From Octopus vulgaris (Eukaryota), in assembly GCA_951406725.2 (NCBI GenBank), contig OX597816.1, positions 14,880,001 through 14,944,000 on the forward strand: DNA of 64,000 nt, read 5' to 3'. Of the stretch, positions 28,746 to 42,426 are shown piece by piece. Made by a program: the position numbers and the translations under genes. The notes below the pieces were generated by a model. It ran no database searches. It saw nothing but the letters and a program-made list of their open reading frames with translations, and was not told the origin of the DNA. Position 1 is the first letter of the stretch, and every line of letters starts with the position of its first letter.

Positions 28746-28827
28746 CTTTAAATTATTTCTGTAAATCATTCCTGTATTTAGTTAGCAATATGTTTGATGT
28801 AAATTCGTGTGTTGAAACAAATACTAT

Positions 28828-29212
28828 GTCTAGGGAGGGTCACTATGCTAATAAAAATGAAAAACACATGCACTGGTTCAATACCACTTCTTTATTTAAC
28901 CAACAAATTATCCAATGGTTTGTTTAATATATTGACTGAACAATGAATCAGTTGTTAGTTTTCTAACAACTTATTGATTGTCAGAGTCCTTTTGTTGCTA
29001 TTCACAAACTTGAAGAGTGAGGATATGTCATTGATGAGGTTGTGAATAACGGCAAAAGGACTGACAGAGAAAACCAAAAACCGATTGATTAATACAATCA
29101 ACACATTAAACAAACCATTGGATAATTAGTTGGTAAAATAAAGAAGTGGGATTGAACCTGTGTGTGTGTGAGTTTATTTACTTTTTTATTGGCATAACGA
29201 CCCTCCCTAAAC
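28828..29212. mobile_element. MITE-like element with ~100-bp imperfect inverted repeats
   Basis: tagggagggtc..ccacttctttattt..ttatccaatggtttgtttaat is mirrored at ~29107-29210. Confidence 0.7.
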
Positions 29213-30597
29213 ACAAGATGTAAATTTAACACTTTTGGTGCAATATTTCTTTTGAAATACACTATTTTTGTTTCAGTTGATCTTGAAAACAATGAATTTA
29301 TCAAAATAACCTGGTTGTTATTAAGTTACATTCATACTCCACAAACATCAATATACAACCACAATAGAAGAAACACACATTCAACAAACCTAGAACTACT
29401 TGGTTTGGAAACAAACCGCTGAAGCCCGAAACCATCATCATCATCGTTTAACGTCTGTTTTCCATGCTAGCATGGGTTGAACAGTTCAACTGGAGTCTGG
29501 GAAGCCAGGAGGCTACACCAGGCTCCAGTCTGATCTGGCAGTGTTTCTACAGCTGGATGCCCTTCCTAACACCAACCACTCCGTAAGTGTAGTGGGTGCT
29601 TTTTATGTGCCACCAGCACAGGGGCTAGATGAGGCTGGCAATGGCCACAATCGGTTGGTGCTTTTTATGTGCCACCGGCACGGAAGCCATTTACCAAGAT
29701 GTGTACCAAACATTGGAGCCTGCACTTTTATTTTTAACCAATATTTCAAATGTAACAATAACTGTAGAAATCTTACGTTTTCTAAAAGAATTTCAAAATT
29801 CTAGTTACCTTTTCTTTTCAAATTAACAAAACAATGTCCACACGACATGAAAGTAATTAAAAAGAGCTATATTTCATTCGTGAAAAAACTACTTTTTTCC
29901 TTATGTATATTTTTAAATTTTTGTTTCAAATGTTTTAAAAATAAAAAAAAAAACAACATAAGTTTGCTAATATTTAAATTCAAACACAACATGGTAATGT
30001 ATCAAAGAGAATATTTTTAATTTTAATTTATTCTTTATGTATTTTTAAAAATTTGTTTCATACATGATAATAGTTTCATATGATAATATCTAAAGAATAA
30101 ATTTTAGTGACTTTCACACTGAAATATTAATTTTCTCCATTGTTTAATCTAAATAACATTTTTCAATTTCCTTTAGCAAGCTTGTGTTAATTATTTAAAA
30201 AAAGACTTAAAGTGTAATTTTCAAGCATTCATTTTATTTTTTAGAAATAGCAGAAAATGGTGTATATATAATATATAATGCACAAGTCATGTCTGCTATT
30301 AGAATCACATATAAAATATAGAAATCAAGTAGGAGTATCTCACAGTCTGGGAAATTATTTAAACTGCAGAATCATTCTCTAAAGTTCACAGGTTCAAAGA
30401 GCTACTATTGAAGTGGATAATAAACAAATGATCATTTGGACAGAACGCCACTCTATTACATCAGCCAATAAGGGAGCCTCAGCATAGTCATTTGCTATGC
30501 TAGACAGAACAGTCAAATCTCTTTCAAATCACACAACCATTTTCAAGAAAAGACAGACACATCAAAGGTTCACTTGATCGGGGTTGACTGAGCTTAA

Positions 30598-30818
30598 CCC
30601 TTTCATTACCAATCCGGCTGAAACCGGCTCTGGCACTGAGTATAAATGTCTTGTTTTCATAAGTTTTGAATTAAAATCTTCCACCAAACCTTAGTCAACA
30701 ATTTATGTTCCTAACACTAGCTGAATGAGAACTAAGTTATTTTACTAAATTCTTTGTTACATTTAAAGTAATTGAAAGAAACACAAAACATCTCAAAATA
30801 AATACAGTAACGAAAGGG
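30598..30818. mobile_element. piggyBac-type MITE
   Basis: TTAA-CCCTTTC...GAAAGGG-TTAA. Related copies at ~25190-25375 and 61876-62108, partial at ~22000 and ~56010. Confidence 0.8.
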
Positions 30819-31284
30819 TTAAACAACAACAACAACTAGTATATTGTCTGTAGCTTTCACATATGTGTCCCTACTTATTCCTGGGCACATGGGTGAACTG
30901 TGGCATTATTTTAAATGTACATGAGTAGTTTTCAGATATGTAATAAAATGTCTCTAAAATGATGTTGAAAATTCAGGTGTGCAATAAATTTCTAGAAATG
31001 TCTTGTTGTAAAGAACTTTCTATTGCATAGCTTAAAACTATTAACATACATTTAAAAAATGCCTCAGTTAACGAATAGTCACCTACATTGACAGGATGGG
31101 TAACGGTTTATTTATCATTTTTTTAAGCAACTTATGTTCAATCCAAAGATCAAACAATCTCAACCAGGTTTGTTTGTAAGGTGTTCCACAAAGATCATAT
31201 TCCTACTCAGCCTTTTCTCCAATAAACAACACACACAGATATATATAATGTGCAGATAACACCAATACATTTAGACATACAAAC

Positions 31285-31315
<31 letters not shown>

Positions 31316-31369
31316 CATACTGAGGAACCCAAAACAGGGTGAAATCATGCGACCTGGCAGTTCCAGTGG

Positions 31370-31407
<38 letters not shown>

Positions 31408-31946
31408 TGCGACTGTGTTTGTGTGGCAAGAGGCTTACTTCCCAACCACATAGTTCCAGGTTCAGGCCCACTGTATAGTGCCACCAAAAAAAAAAAGGCA
31501 TGCTGCATGTGGGTTGGTGTTAGGAAGGGTATCTGGCGGTAGAAACCATGTGAAACTAGACAGTGGAACATGATGCAGACCTCGGCCCTGTCAGATCCTG
31601 TCAAGCCAGCCAACATGTCAGCATGGAACATGGATGTTAAATGGGGATCACACACACACACACACAAACAAACATACACAGACACACAGTGCTGGTGCTA
31701 TGTGAAAAGTACCAAGTCTACTCTGTAAAGTGGTTGGTATTAGGAAGGACATCTAGCTGTAAAAACCATGCCAGAACAGTGGGGTTGATGCAGTTCTCCA
31801 GCTTGTCACCTCCTGTCAAGCTGGCCTACCAATGCCAGCATGGAAAATGGACATTAAATGATGATGGTCAAATACATATACACACACATATATATATAAC
31901 ATAATACATAAATGCAAGTGATGATGAACACAAAAAGTACTCAATA

Positions 31947-32336
31947 CAGGAGTGGCTGTGTGGTAAGTAGCTTGCTTACGAACCACATGGTTCCGGGTTC
32001 AGTCCCATTGCATGGCACCTTGGGCAAGTGTCTTCTACTATAGCCTCAGGGCGACCAAAGCATTGTGAGTGGATTTGGTAGACGGAAACTGAAAGAAGCC
32101 CATTGTATATATATATGTGTGTGTGCATAAGTTCATGTGTCTGTGTTTGCCCCCCAACATCGCTTGACAACCGATGCTGGTGTGTTTACGTCCACGTAAC
32201 TTAGCAGTTTGGCAAAAGAGACCGATAGAATAAGTACTAGGCTTCCAAAGAATAAGTCCTGGGGTCGATTTGCTCGACTAAAGGTGGTGCTCCAGCATGG
32301 CCACAGTCAAATGACCGAAATGAGCAAATGAGAGTA
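31947..32336 (+). mobile_element. SINE-A
   Basis: Matches copy at 21129. Confidence 0.9.
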
Positions 32337-32864
32337 ATGAGTAATACTAGAGGGTAAAGTATATAAAATTCTTCATTAATTAAATATCGGTTAGTCCCCA
32401 TATAACTGGTGGGGTAGGGGCAATATACTCATGGTACCACCAAGAGAGCCAAGATTTTGGATGGGGTAACAACAAGAATTTGAATAAAGAACTACAGTCA
32501 TAACACGCACGCACGTACACACACTAAGTTGCTCAGTATTTCATTATTTACATCATCTGGTTTCCTTCCCTTAAAACTATGTCAAGTTGTCTGACATTTA
32601 GTTATATCATGCTACAAAGATCATTTCCCGTTTATCTCAACACTACAACTTCAGTCACACTGCAACTAAAATCTTTTTATGAATGACCAGTCATTTTCTA
32701 GCCATTAACTTATTCTTCTTCTTATTATTATAATTATTATTAGAAGTTTTGGGTGTTTTTCACCCTCCCCCTTCAAAACCATAAGAGTATTTATTATCAC
32801 TTGGTTGAAACTTTGAAAAACGTTTTACATAAAGAATAAGTCCTTCATTCTTCTTATTATTATG

Positions 32865-32897
<33 letters not shown>

Positions 32898-33466
32898 TTC
32901 TTCATTTTTACACAGTGATGACCTTGTTAACACTGGCTCATTTAAATGACTCCCTGTCAAGTTATGTATCTCCAGATAGACAGTACTTTCCTCAGTTCTT
33001 TCCACAGGGGTTAAGACAATTACATCGGCTTAACCCCTTCCCTGCAAATTTCAGGCCTTGTGCCTTTAGTAGAAAGGATTATTAAAGGCAGGGAGCTGGC
33101 AGAATCGTTAGCACACCAGGTGAAATGCTTAGCGGTGTTTCGCCCATCACTACATTCTGAGTTCGAATTCCACCAAGGTCGACTTTGCCTTATCCTTTTA
33201 GGGTCAGTAAATTAAGTACCACTGAAACACTGGGGTCGATGTAATTAACTAGTCTCCTCCCCCCCAAATTTCAGGCATTGTGCCTATAGTAGAAAGTATT
33301 ATTATTATTACTATTTTTTCCTCTTTCTTCAAATTTTCTTCCTTTTCTCGCTGAGTGTTTTCGGTACACCTAGGGCAGAGAAGCTCATTGTATGCATTCC
33401 CAGATTACACATACAAATTCACAGGTAAAATATGTATTTAAAAATTAATAAATAAATAAATTCTTG

Positions 33467-33712
33467 AATAGATGTTGTTTTCACACTGATAATGTTCTTC
33501 TCAGTATATGAGCTGTTCCACTTAACACGACTTTTGCACTTCCTTTAGGGATGGTAAGCCTGGTATCATTTTCAAATAGGTTTCAGGACCTTTTTTTATC
33601 ATTCCTAGAGCTCCTACAATCATTGGTACTGTAGTCGCCTTGAGATGCCACATTTTTTCAATTTCTATTAGCAAGTCTTTATATTTACTGATCTTGTCAA
33701 ATTCTTTGGCCG
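33467..33712 (-). mobile_element. R4/Dong-like LINE 3' end (REL endonuclease)
   Basis: KISKYKDLLIEIEKMWHLKATTVPMIVGALGMIKK...GTAHILRRTLS; bounded by (TAA)n. Confidence 0.85.
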
Positions 33713-33713
33713 C

Positions 33714-33749
<36 letters not shown>

Positions 33750-34989
33750 TGTCTTCATTTGCACAGTGATGATCATGTTAACACTGGCTCATTTAAATGA
33801 CTCCCTGTCAAGTTATGTATCCTCAGATAGACAGTGCTTTCCACAGGGTTTAAGTCGATGCAGTCAATTTAACCCCTTCCATGCCCCAAATTTCAGACCT
33901 TGTGCCAACTGCCTTGCGTGCCGGTGGCACGTAAAAGGCACCATTCGAACGTGATCATTACCAGCATCACCTTACTGGCACCTGTGCCGGTGGCATGTGT
34001 AAAAAGATTCAAGCGAGGTTGTTGCCAGTACCACCTGACTGGCCCCCGTGCCGGTGGCACATAAAAAGCACTCACTATACTCTCGGAGTGGTTGGCATTA
34101 GGAAGGGCATCCAGCTGTAGAAACTCTGCCAGATCAAGATTGGAGCCTGGTGCGGCCGTCTGGTTCGCCAGCCCTCAGTCAAAATCGTCCAACCCATGCC
34201 AGCATGGAAAGCAGACGTTAAACGATGATGATGATGATTATTATTATTATTATTATTATTACTATTTGGCAGAATTCTTTGAGTATTGGAGAAAGTACTT
34301 AATATACTTAAAACTATTCAACCAGGAATCTTAACATTTTGAATACAAAACCTGCAAGTGGAAGCTTTGCTTTTATCTTTCTAAATCAATAAAATAAAGT
34401 ATAACTCAGATACTGGGGCCAATGGTATCAACCAACCATTCCCCTTAAATCAGATACCATTATAATTATTCTTCTGGTTCATGGTTTTCTTCTTTTTTAT
34501 ATTTTCTCGCTGTTTTATGTCTAATTTTTAATGTTAAAGATGAAAAGATTTCGTTCATTTGGTCAATAACATCTTGTAGCAGTGACTCGAATAAATTTTC
34601 TTTTCATTTTATAGTTGAATGTCAATACTTCCATTAACGATGTATTTATGAAATTAAAATATTAAGTAGGTTTCTCAGACAAAGAGACGTACAGACAGAC
34701 AAGAAAGCAAGTAGAGTTGTGAACCTTGCCCGTTGGTGTTAGAACAACAAAAATAACTGAAGTGGAAGTAACAGTTGAAACTATGACTAAATGGTAAAAA
34801 GTCAATAGTTCGGCACCGCCCTCCTTGTCATCATCTTTCTCTAGAAAGATCTAATTTTTTTCTCTGTACAGAAAACTGTTCAGTTTTAGACTCAAGATAA
34901 TTAAGAAAAATAATAAATGAGTTCACTAATAACTGTCTAAAATTTTGGTACAAGGCCAGCAATTTAAGGTAGGAGGGTGGGTTTAGTTG

Positions 34990-35282
34990 CTACCTAGCTC
35001 AAATACCAGGAAACCCCAAAATGGCAGAAATTCAAAATATAGTGCTCATGGGAACTGCTCATATCCTACATAAAATACTATGTTATCTCAAGTTTTAAAA
35101 CAAACACATAATTTTCTTATGGTTTCTTAAACATTCTCTAGAACAATACTATGTGCAAAACCAAATATATGGCACCCTAGGCATAACACCAACATGAACT
35201 TCTAACATGTTGTCTCTTGAGGTCTCTGGGTGAGACTTGGAGCCAATTTGTACAAATGTAAAGCAAAAGTCAAACATAAAAT
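34990..35282 (+). mobile_element. R4/Dong-like LINE extreme 3' end plus UTR
   Basis: LAQIPGNPKMAEIQNIVLMGTAHILHKIL, then UTR ending in (AAT)n. Confidence 0.75.
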
Positions 35283-35283
35283 G

Positions 35284-35322
<39 letters not shown>

Positions 35323-35764
35323 GTGGTTTCAGATTTTGCCACAGGGGCAGCAGTTTTGGGGGATGGAATGAGTTGATTACATCAACCCCAATCTTCAACT
35401 GGTACTTAATTTATCAACCTTGAAAGAATAAAACGCTAAGTTGAACTCGGTAGAATTTGAATTCAGAATGTAAAAGCAGACAAAATACTGCAAAGCATTT
35501 CACCTGGCATGCTAATGATTCTTCCAGCTCACCTCCTTAATAATGATGATAATAATTCTTTCTACTGGAAGCACAAGGCCTCAAATTTGGGGGAAGACAT
35601 TAAGTCAATTACAACGACCCCAGTGCATAACTGATACTTAATCAACCTTGAAAGGATGAAAGGCAAAGTTGACCTCGGAGGAATTTGAACTCAGAACGTA
35701 AGGATGGACGAAATGCCACTAAGCATTTTGTCCAGCGTGCTAACAATTCTGCCAGTTTGCTGCC

Positions 35765-35809
<45 letters not shown>

Positions 35810-35812
<3 letters not shown>

Positions 35813-36380
35813 CTACAAAATGAAATCCCATGATAAGCGGTACAGGCACCATCCGGAGGATGTAGTAAATGGCGAGGGTGTCACTATCCTTTTGAACTTC
35901 CCAATACAAACAGACAGAAAAATTGTCTCTAATTGACCAGACATTGTGATCAAGGACTACAACAGAGGAACTTGTCTGTTAATAGATATGTCTGTCCCAC
36001 AAGATCAAAATGTCTCAAGAAAGGAATACATAAGGCTTTCTCATTATAAAGATCTGCAAATTGAAATCATAAAAATATGGCAGCTAAGTACTACGATAAT
36101 ACCAGTAGTAATTGGTGCGTTGGGAATGATAAAGAAGTGAGCTGAGAAGTATATTAAGCAACCCCCTGGTAACTCCAATCTCTGTGAACTACAAGAGATA
36201 GCCTTGATGGGTACAGCCCATATACTATGGAAAGCACTCTCCATTTAAAATGGAATAAACGCAGTGATAATTTTAACATGCATGGCAAAACAAAAGTGCT
36301 CTTGCTATTCTTGGTCTCCAGAGGATGCCCGGTACTAAGGCAGCTGAAATAAAGTTATTATGAAAAGAAACCATAAATAA
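35810..36380 (+). mobile_element. R4/Dong-like LINE 3' fragment (PD..D endonuclease) inserted in (TAA)n
   Basis: PDIVIKD..CLLIDMSVP..YKDLQIEI..W..IIPVVIGALG..MGTAHIL with in-frame stops; TAA repeats on both sides. Confidence 0.88.
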
Positions 36381-36421
36381 TGATAATAATAACAACAATA
36401 ATAATAATAATAATAATAATG

Positions 36422-36456
<35 letters not shown>

Positions 36457-36527
36457 TAGCAAATATAAAGATCTTGAAATCAGCAAAATGTGGAAGCTGA
36501 AGACTAAACATACCTGTTAATGCCCTG

Positions 36528-36562
<35 letters not shown>

Positions 36563-36909
36563 GTTTCAAATTTTTCACAAGGCAAGCAGTTTTTGAAGTG
36601 GGGAGGGTGAAGTCAATCACTTCAATCCCCAGTTCTTGACCGGTACTTATTTAATCAACCCTGAAACAGAGTGTTTGGGGTAAATTTAATAATTGTTTGC
36701 TCCCTCTTTCCTAGAATAGCTTGATATACTTGTGAACGGTCAACAGGATTGGAGAGCATAATGACTAAAGCTGTAGTCAAGAAAATGTTAGCTAACATGG
36801 AAGCCTGGAAGCCATCTGATTATTAGGAAAAAAGCTACCTTTGTCGTGATGCTTCATGTCAGGTATCAAAATGAGGACACCATGACACCATGCTTAATGC
36901 TTTGTGAAC

Positions 36910-37370
36910 ACTTAAGTACCAGTTACACTCTGGACGGTCGATATAATCAACTTAATGCCGTGTGTCTGTCCTTGTTTGTCCCCTTTGTCGTTAGCACGCC
37001 GGGCGAAATGCTTAGCTATGTTCTGAGTTCAAATTCCGCCGAGGTCGACTTTGCCTTTCATCCTTTCAGGGTCGATAAATTAAGTACCAGTTACACTCTG
37101 GGGTCGATATAATCAACTTAATCCGTGTGTCTGTCCTTGTTTGTCCCCTTTGTGTTTAGCTCCTTGTGGGTAGTAAAGAAATAGGTATTTCATCTGCCGT
37201 TACGTTCTGAGTTCAAATTCCGCTGAGGTCGACTTTGCCTTTCATCCTTTCAGGGTCGATAAATTAAGTACCAGTTACGCACTGGGGTCGATATAATTGA
37301 CTTAATCCGTGTGTCTGTCCTTGTTTGTCCCCTCTGTGTTTAGCCCCTTGTGGGTAGTAAAGAAATAGGT
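36910..37370 (+). mobile_element. SINE-B multimer
   Basis: Repeated units with aaatag|gtattt junction near 37184. Confidence 0.88.
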
Positions 37371-37375
37371 ATCTG

Positions 37376-37812
37376 CATGCCAGAATTCATGCCACACTTT
37401 GAACAGAGCCTTAGACTTGATTCACACAGTTATGTGAAGCTGCTGGAGACTGTGGTTAAACCCTGGCAGGAGAGAGTTGCTGCTAGAAGGCCATATGTGT
37501 GACCGTAGGATTCCTCTCCCTGAAATACCTCTAGAAAGAGTCAGAAGTGGTTGTCAGAGAATTTCTACAACTTCACCAGCCCCATCTTCTGGCCCCCTAA
37601 TTCCCCTGATTGTAATCCTATAGATTGTAATCCTATGTGTAGGGTGTAATTGAGAAAGATATCATCTGCTTTGCCTGCAACAGCAATGCTAAGCTGGTGG
37701 CCAAGATCAAGGTGTTCAGGGACCTTCTCAGGGACACAGTGAAGAATGTATATGACAAGTCCAGAGCCTTCTTGAGGCCCTGGTGAAAGCTGAGGGAAGC
37801 TACTCTGAGTAA
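37376..37812 (+). mobile_element. Decayed Tc1/mariner (maT/DD37D-like) transposase C-terminus
   Basis: YVKLLETVVKPW..RPYV*P*DS..KSQKWLSENF..FWPPNSPDCNPID. Confidence 0.8.
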
Positions 37813-38256
37813 ACCGCTATCTCCAAGCCATAATCTACTTGATTTTTTTTATTTAAAAATAATTTTATCTTTGGATAAACTGTCAAGTTTGTGTGGTGGG
37901 GTACATTTCTCTAGACATCACATGATGGTTGCAAATGAGCATCCTTGTAATACAAAAGAAGTTGTTCTTTTCCGGTCTTCTGTAACAATGTCTCGCCATG
38001 GAAAAAATATTACATTACTTGAAAACAGGTGAGGGTTGGCAACAGGAAGGGCATTCAGCCAAAGAAAATTTGCTTCAACAAATTCCATCTGACTCCAGTA
38101 AGCATGGAAAAATAGACATTAAACAATGCTGATGTCTAGAACTTGGACCAAATGATATAAGAGAGCAAAGTATATGTTAAAACCTGGGAAAAAAATACAA
38201 AGAGGATTTGGGAAATTTTACATAAATTCATTTATAGAATCAAGGCGGGTATATAC

Positions 38257-38418
38257 CTTTTCATCTTTTACATCAAAGGGCTCATCTTTTCCACTGAACT
38301 TGTTGACTGTCTGTGCAACTCCGATCACTTCACCATCTCGGTCTTTAATCGGCATGCTGAGAATGCTGTGTGTCTTGTAGCCAGTTTTTTGATCAATCTC
38401 GTAATTAAAGCGAGGATC
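38257..38418 (-). CDS. PDE11: Exon of GAF-domain cyclic nucleotide phosphodiesterase (PDE11/PDE5-like), C-terminal half of GAF-A
   Basis: TTCCAG acceptor, GTATAT donor, 162 nt, phase 0. Encodes [54 protein letters not shown] with the GAF NK..F...DE motif. PDE11 versus PDE5 orthology is not resolved. Confidence 0.93.
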
Positions 38419-38844
38419 CTGGAAGTAATGGAAAGCAAGACAAATAAATAAAAGTTGCAATTCTTCAAAATCTATGTAGTTCTTCAAATTTTTTGAGAAG
38501 AAAACCAATTAAAATATGCAGTGTTACAAACATTGAAAGAATTTATAATTAAAAAAACATTCTTAGCTAACTACAGGTCACAAAACAAACAAAATAAAGT
38601 TGAAGCCAACAAAATAGACTTGAGCCATTTATAAAATGTCACAAACAAATATAAAATTGGTTTATTTCATGCTATCTTCTTTTCTCAGTCAGAAATTTGT
38701 CATTATTTCAATCACCAGTTACTTGCTTAAGGATGAAACTATGAACTTAATTATAGTTTTCTAGTAAAGTATTTTGATATTAACTGCATGTGTTGCTGTA
38801 TAAAGTACAGCATATGATCTTCCCAAAAGTGGATAAAAGATAAA

Positions 38845-39148
38845 TGTTGCCCTTTTCAAGCCTAGCCAGGCTCATGGGCCTGGTTTTCTGGTTTCTGTGG
38901 CGTATGTATTCCTCCCCAGCTGGACGGTATGCCAGTCCTTCGCAGCGTTACTCAAGAAACAGGAAGAGAGAGTGAGAGAAAGTTGTGGCGAAAGAGTACA
39001 ACAGGGGTCACCACCCCGCTTGCCAGAGCCTCGTGGAGCTTTTAGGTGTTTTCACTCAATAAACACACACAATGCCTGGTTTGGGTATCGAAACGGCGAT
39101 CCTGTGACCGCGAGTCCACTGCCCTAACCACTGGGCCATTGCGCCTCC
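38845..39148 (-). mobile_element. SINE-D (tRNA head GGAGGCGCAATGGCCCAGTGGTTAGG)
   Basis: A/B-box head; related copies at 47595-47897 and 22570-22692. Confidence 0.8.
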
Positions 39149-41285
39149 CCTAAAAGTAGAACCCAAGAAAAATTCACTATTTTGCTGGGGGGTTTTTTTT
39201 TATTCCATTAACAATTTGGAAGGCGCTGTCCCTATAAAGTTAAATAGAAAAGGTAAGTAGACGAATTAAGTAGAAAAATGCAAAATTCACAACAACAATA
39301 AAAATCCTTTCTACTATAAGCACAAGGTCTGAAATAATTTTGGCAGAAGGAGCAAGCCAATTGCACCACCTGCAGGGATCAATTGCATCAATTAGTCCTT
39401 ATAGACCTTCAGTGGAATTTGAATTCAGACAAGGACTGAGATGCCTGGCATCTTGCCACACTCAAAAATACCCATACTCTGTAGCAGAAGTATTAAGAGC
39501 AATCCTTTGGGTGGTGTAAAGCCCTCATGGTGATTCCACATAAAAGAGCTCAACTGGTGCCACATAAAAGCACCCATGCAGCAACATGTAAAAGCACCCA
39601 GCGACTGTAAAGTAGTTGGTACTAGGAAGGGCATTCAGGCATAGAAAGCATACCAAATCAGACTGGAGTCTGGTGCAGCTTTCCAGCTTGTCATCTATGG
39701 TCAAACCATCCAACCCATCATAACATGGACAATGGATGTTAAATGATGATGATGATGATGAATGTAGTGAGAGAAGAATATAAGCACAGGCATAGCTGTA
39801 AGTAGGGAGATGTTTGCTGCCCAACTACATGTTTCTGGGTTCAGTCCCACAGCATAGTACCTTGGGCAAGTATGTTATACTATAGCCTTGGGATAACAAA
39901 AGCCTTGTGAGTGGATATGGCAAAAGGAAACTGAAATAAGCCTGTCATGTGTGCATGTGCACGGCCCCCACACACCACTTGACAATCAAAGTTGGTTCGT
40001 TTATGTTTCTGTAACTTAGCAGTTAAGCAAAAAGGATTGATAAAATAAGTTCCAGACTTCCCCCCCAAAAAAAGAAAGAAAAGAAGTACTAAAGTCATTT
40101 CATTTAACTAAAATTTCCTCAAGATGGTGCCCCAGCAGGCCCACATTCTAATGACTGAAGCAAGAAAAAGATAAATGCCATGAAGCATTTTATCCAGCAT
40201 TTTAATGATTCTGCCAACATGATGGTAATAATTCTTTTGAATTTTTGGCCAGCAGCTTTGAGGGGAGCAGACAATTTGATAACATCAACCCCAATTTTTT
40301 ACTTTTATTGTATGATCCTGAGGTTGAGAGTTCAATTCCCAGATCAGGCTGCGTGTTGTGTTCTTGAGCAAGACACTTTATTTCACATTGCATCAGTTCA
40401 CTCAGCTGTAGAAATGAGTTGCAACATCACTGGTTCCAAGTTGTATTGGCCCCTTTGCCCTTCCCTTGGACAATATCCATGGCATGGAGAGAGGAAGCTG
40501 GTATGCATGAGCGACTGCCGGTCTTCCATAAACAACCTTGCTGGACTTGCACCTAAGAACGGAATTTTCTAGGTGCAATCCCATAGTCATAATAATTCTT
40601 TTGAATTTTTGGCCAGCAGCTTTGAGGGGAGCAGACAAATTGATAGCATCAACCCCCAATTTTTGACTTTTATTGTATTTTATAACCCCAAAGAAGATAA
40701 AAGGCAAAGTGGACCACATCAGAAATTGAACTCAGAATGTAAAGAAACAGAAATGGTTTCTGATTTAGGTTTGAGACCAGCAATTTTTATTAGAAGAGAG
40801 GTTAGTCAATTACATCAACCCCAGTACTTGACTGATACTTTATCAACCCCAAAAGGATAAAAAGCAAACTTGACCTGGGTAGGATTTGAACTCAGAAATA
40901 TAAAGAAGCAGAAAGAATGCTGAAATACATTTCCCGAGTGCTCTCGTGACATTTTAAAGATCCAAACACAAAGCATAATTTATAACAAAAATCAATATAT
41001 TGTATTTTTCAAGGCAAAGTATAATTTAGTTTGACATGACCATTTTTTTAGGGGCCCTATATGACACTGGCACTTCGTTATTTTGTTATTGGCATCAAGA
41101 TTAAATACTAAAAATTTGATTGATCTGTCTTAATGGCACTAAGATTAAAATCAATATGGCTATTACCATGACTCTCATTATCATCATCATCATCATAGTC
41201 ATAATCATCATTGTTATTAATCAGTATCTTAAAGTCTTTCATTTAATCAGAGATTACAACTTGACAATATCTAACATTTGTCAAA

Positions 41286-41428
41286 GGTGTGGAAGTGGTT
41301 GTGAGGTAAGAAGTTCGCTTCCCAACCACATGGCTCCAAGTTCAGTCCGGCTGTGTGGCACCTTGGGTAAGTGTCTTCAACCCGAAGCCTTGTGAGTGAT
41401 TTGGTAGACGAAAACTGAAAGAAGCCCA

Positions 41429-41462
<34 letters not shown>

Positions 41463-41900
41463 CTTTATTGCCCACAAGGGGCTAAACACAGAGGGGACAG
41501 ACAAAGGGATTAAGTCGATTACATCAACCCCAGTGCGTAACTGGTACTTTATTTATCGACCCCGAAAGGATGAAAGGCAAAGTCAACCTCGGCGGAATTT
41601 GAACTCAGAACATAGCGGCAGACGAAATACTGCTAAGCATTTCGCCCGGCGTGCTAACGTTTCTGCCAGCTAAACGCCTTATATATATATATATATATAT
41701 ATACACATGTGTGTGTGTCCCCTATCACCACTTATTGGCATGTTTTCATAGCCATAACTTAGCAGTTTGGCATACGAGACAAATAAATTTCCAGGCTTAA
41801 TCAAAGTAAGTACTGGGATTGATTCCTTCAACTAAAATTCTTCAAGCAGTGCCCTGGCATGGCCGTAGTCTAATGACTGAAACAAGTAAAAGATAAAAGA
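41286..41900 (+). mobile_element. SINE-A with SINE-B (41461-41680, minus) nested in its central (TA)n
   Basis: SINE-A halves flank a SINE-B monomer bordered by (TA)n. Confidence 0.8.
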
Positions 41901-42382
41901 TTTAAAAGTAATAATAAAAACAATAATAATAATAACCCTTTCTACTAAAGGCACAAGGCCTGAAATTTGTGGGGGAAGGGGACTAGTTGATTACATCAAC
42001 CCCAGTGTTTCACTGGTACTTATTTCATTTACCTTGAAAGGATGAAAAGCAAAGTTGACCTTGGCAGAATTTGAACTCGGAACATAGCGATGGATGAAAT
42101 ACTGCTAAGTATTTTGTCCAGCGTGCTAACAATTCTGCCAGCTTGGTGATAATAATCATCTTTTCTACTATAGGCACAAGGCCTGAAATTGTTTATTTTT
42201 GGGTGGGAGCTAGTTGATTACATCGACCCCAGTGCGTAACTGGTACTTATTTAATTGGCCCCGAAAGGATGAAAGGTAAAGTCGACCTCAGTGGAATTTG
42301 AGCTCAGAATGAAAAGCTAGACATGTCACTAAGCATTTTGGCTGGCATGCTAAAGATTCTGCCAGCTAATAATAATAATAAC

Positions 42383-42426
<44 letters not shown>

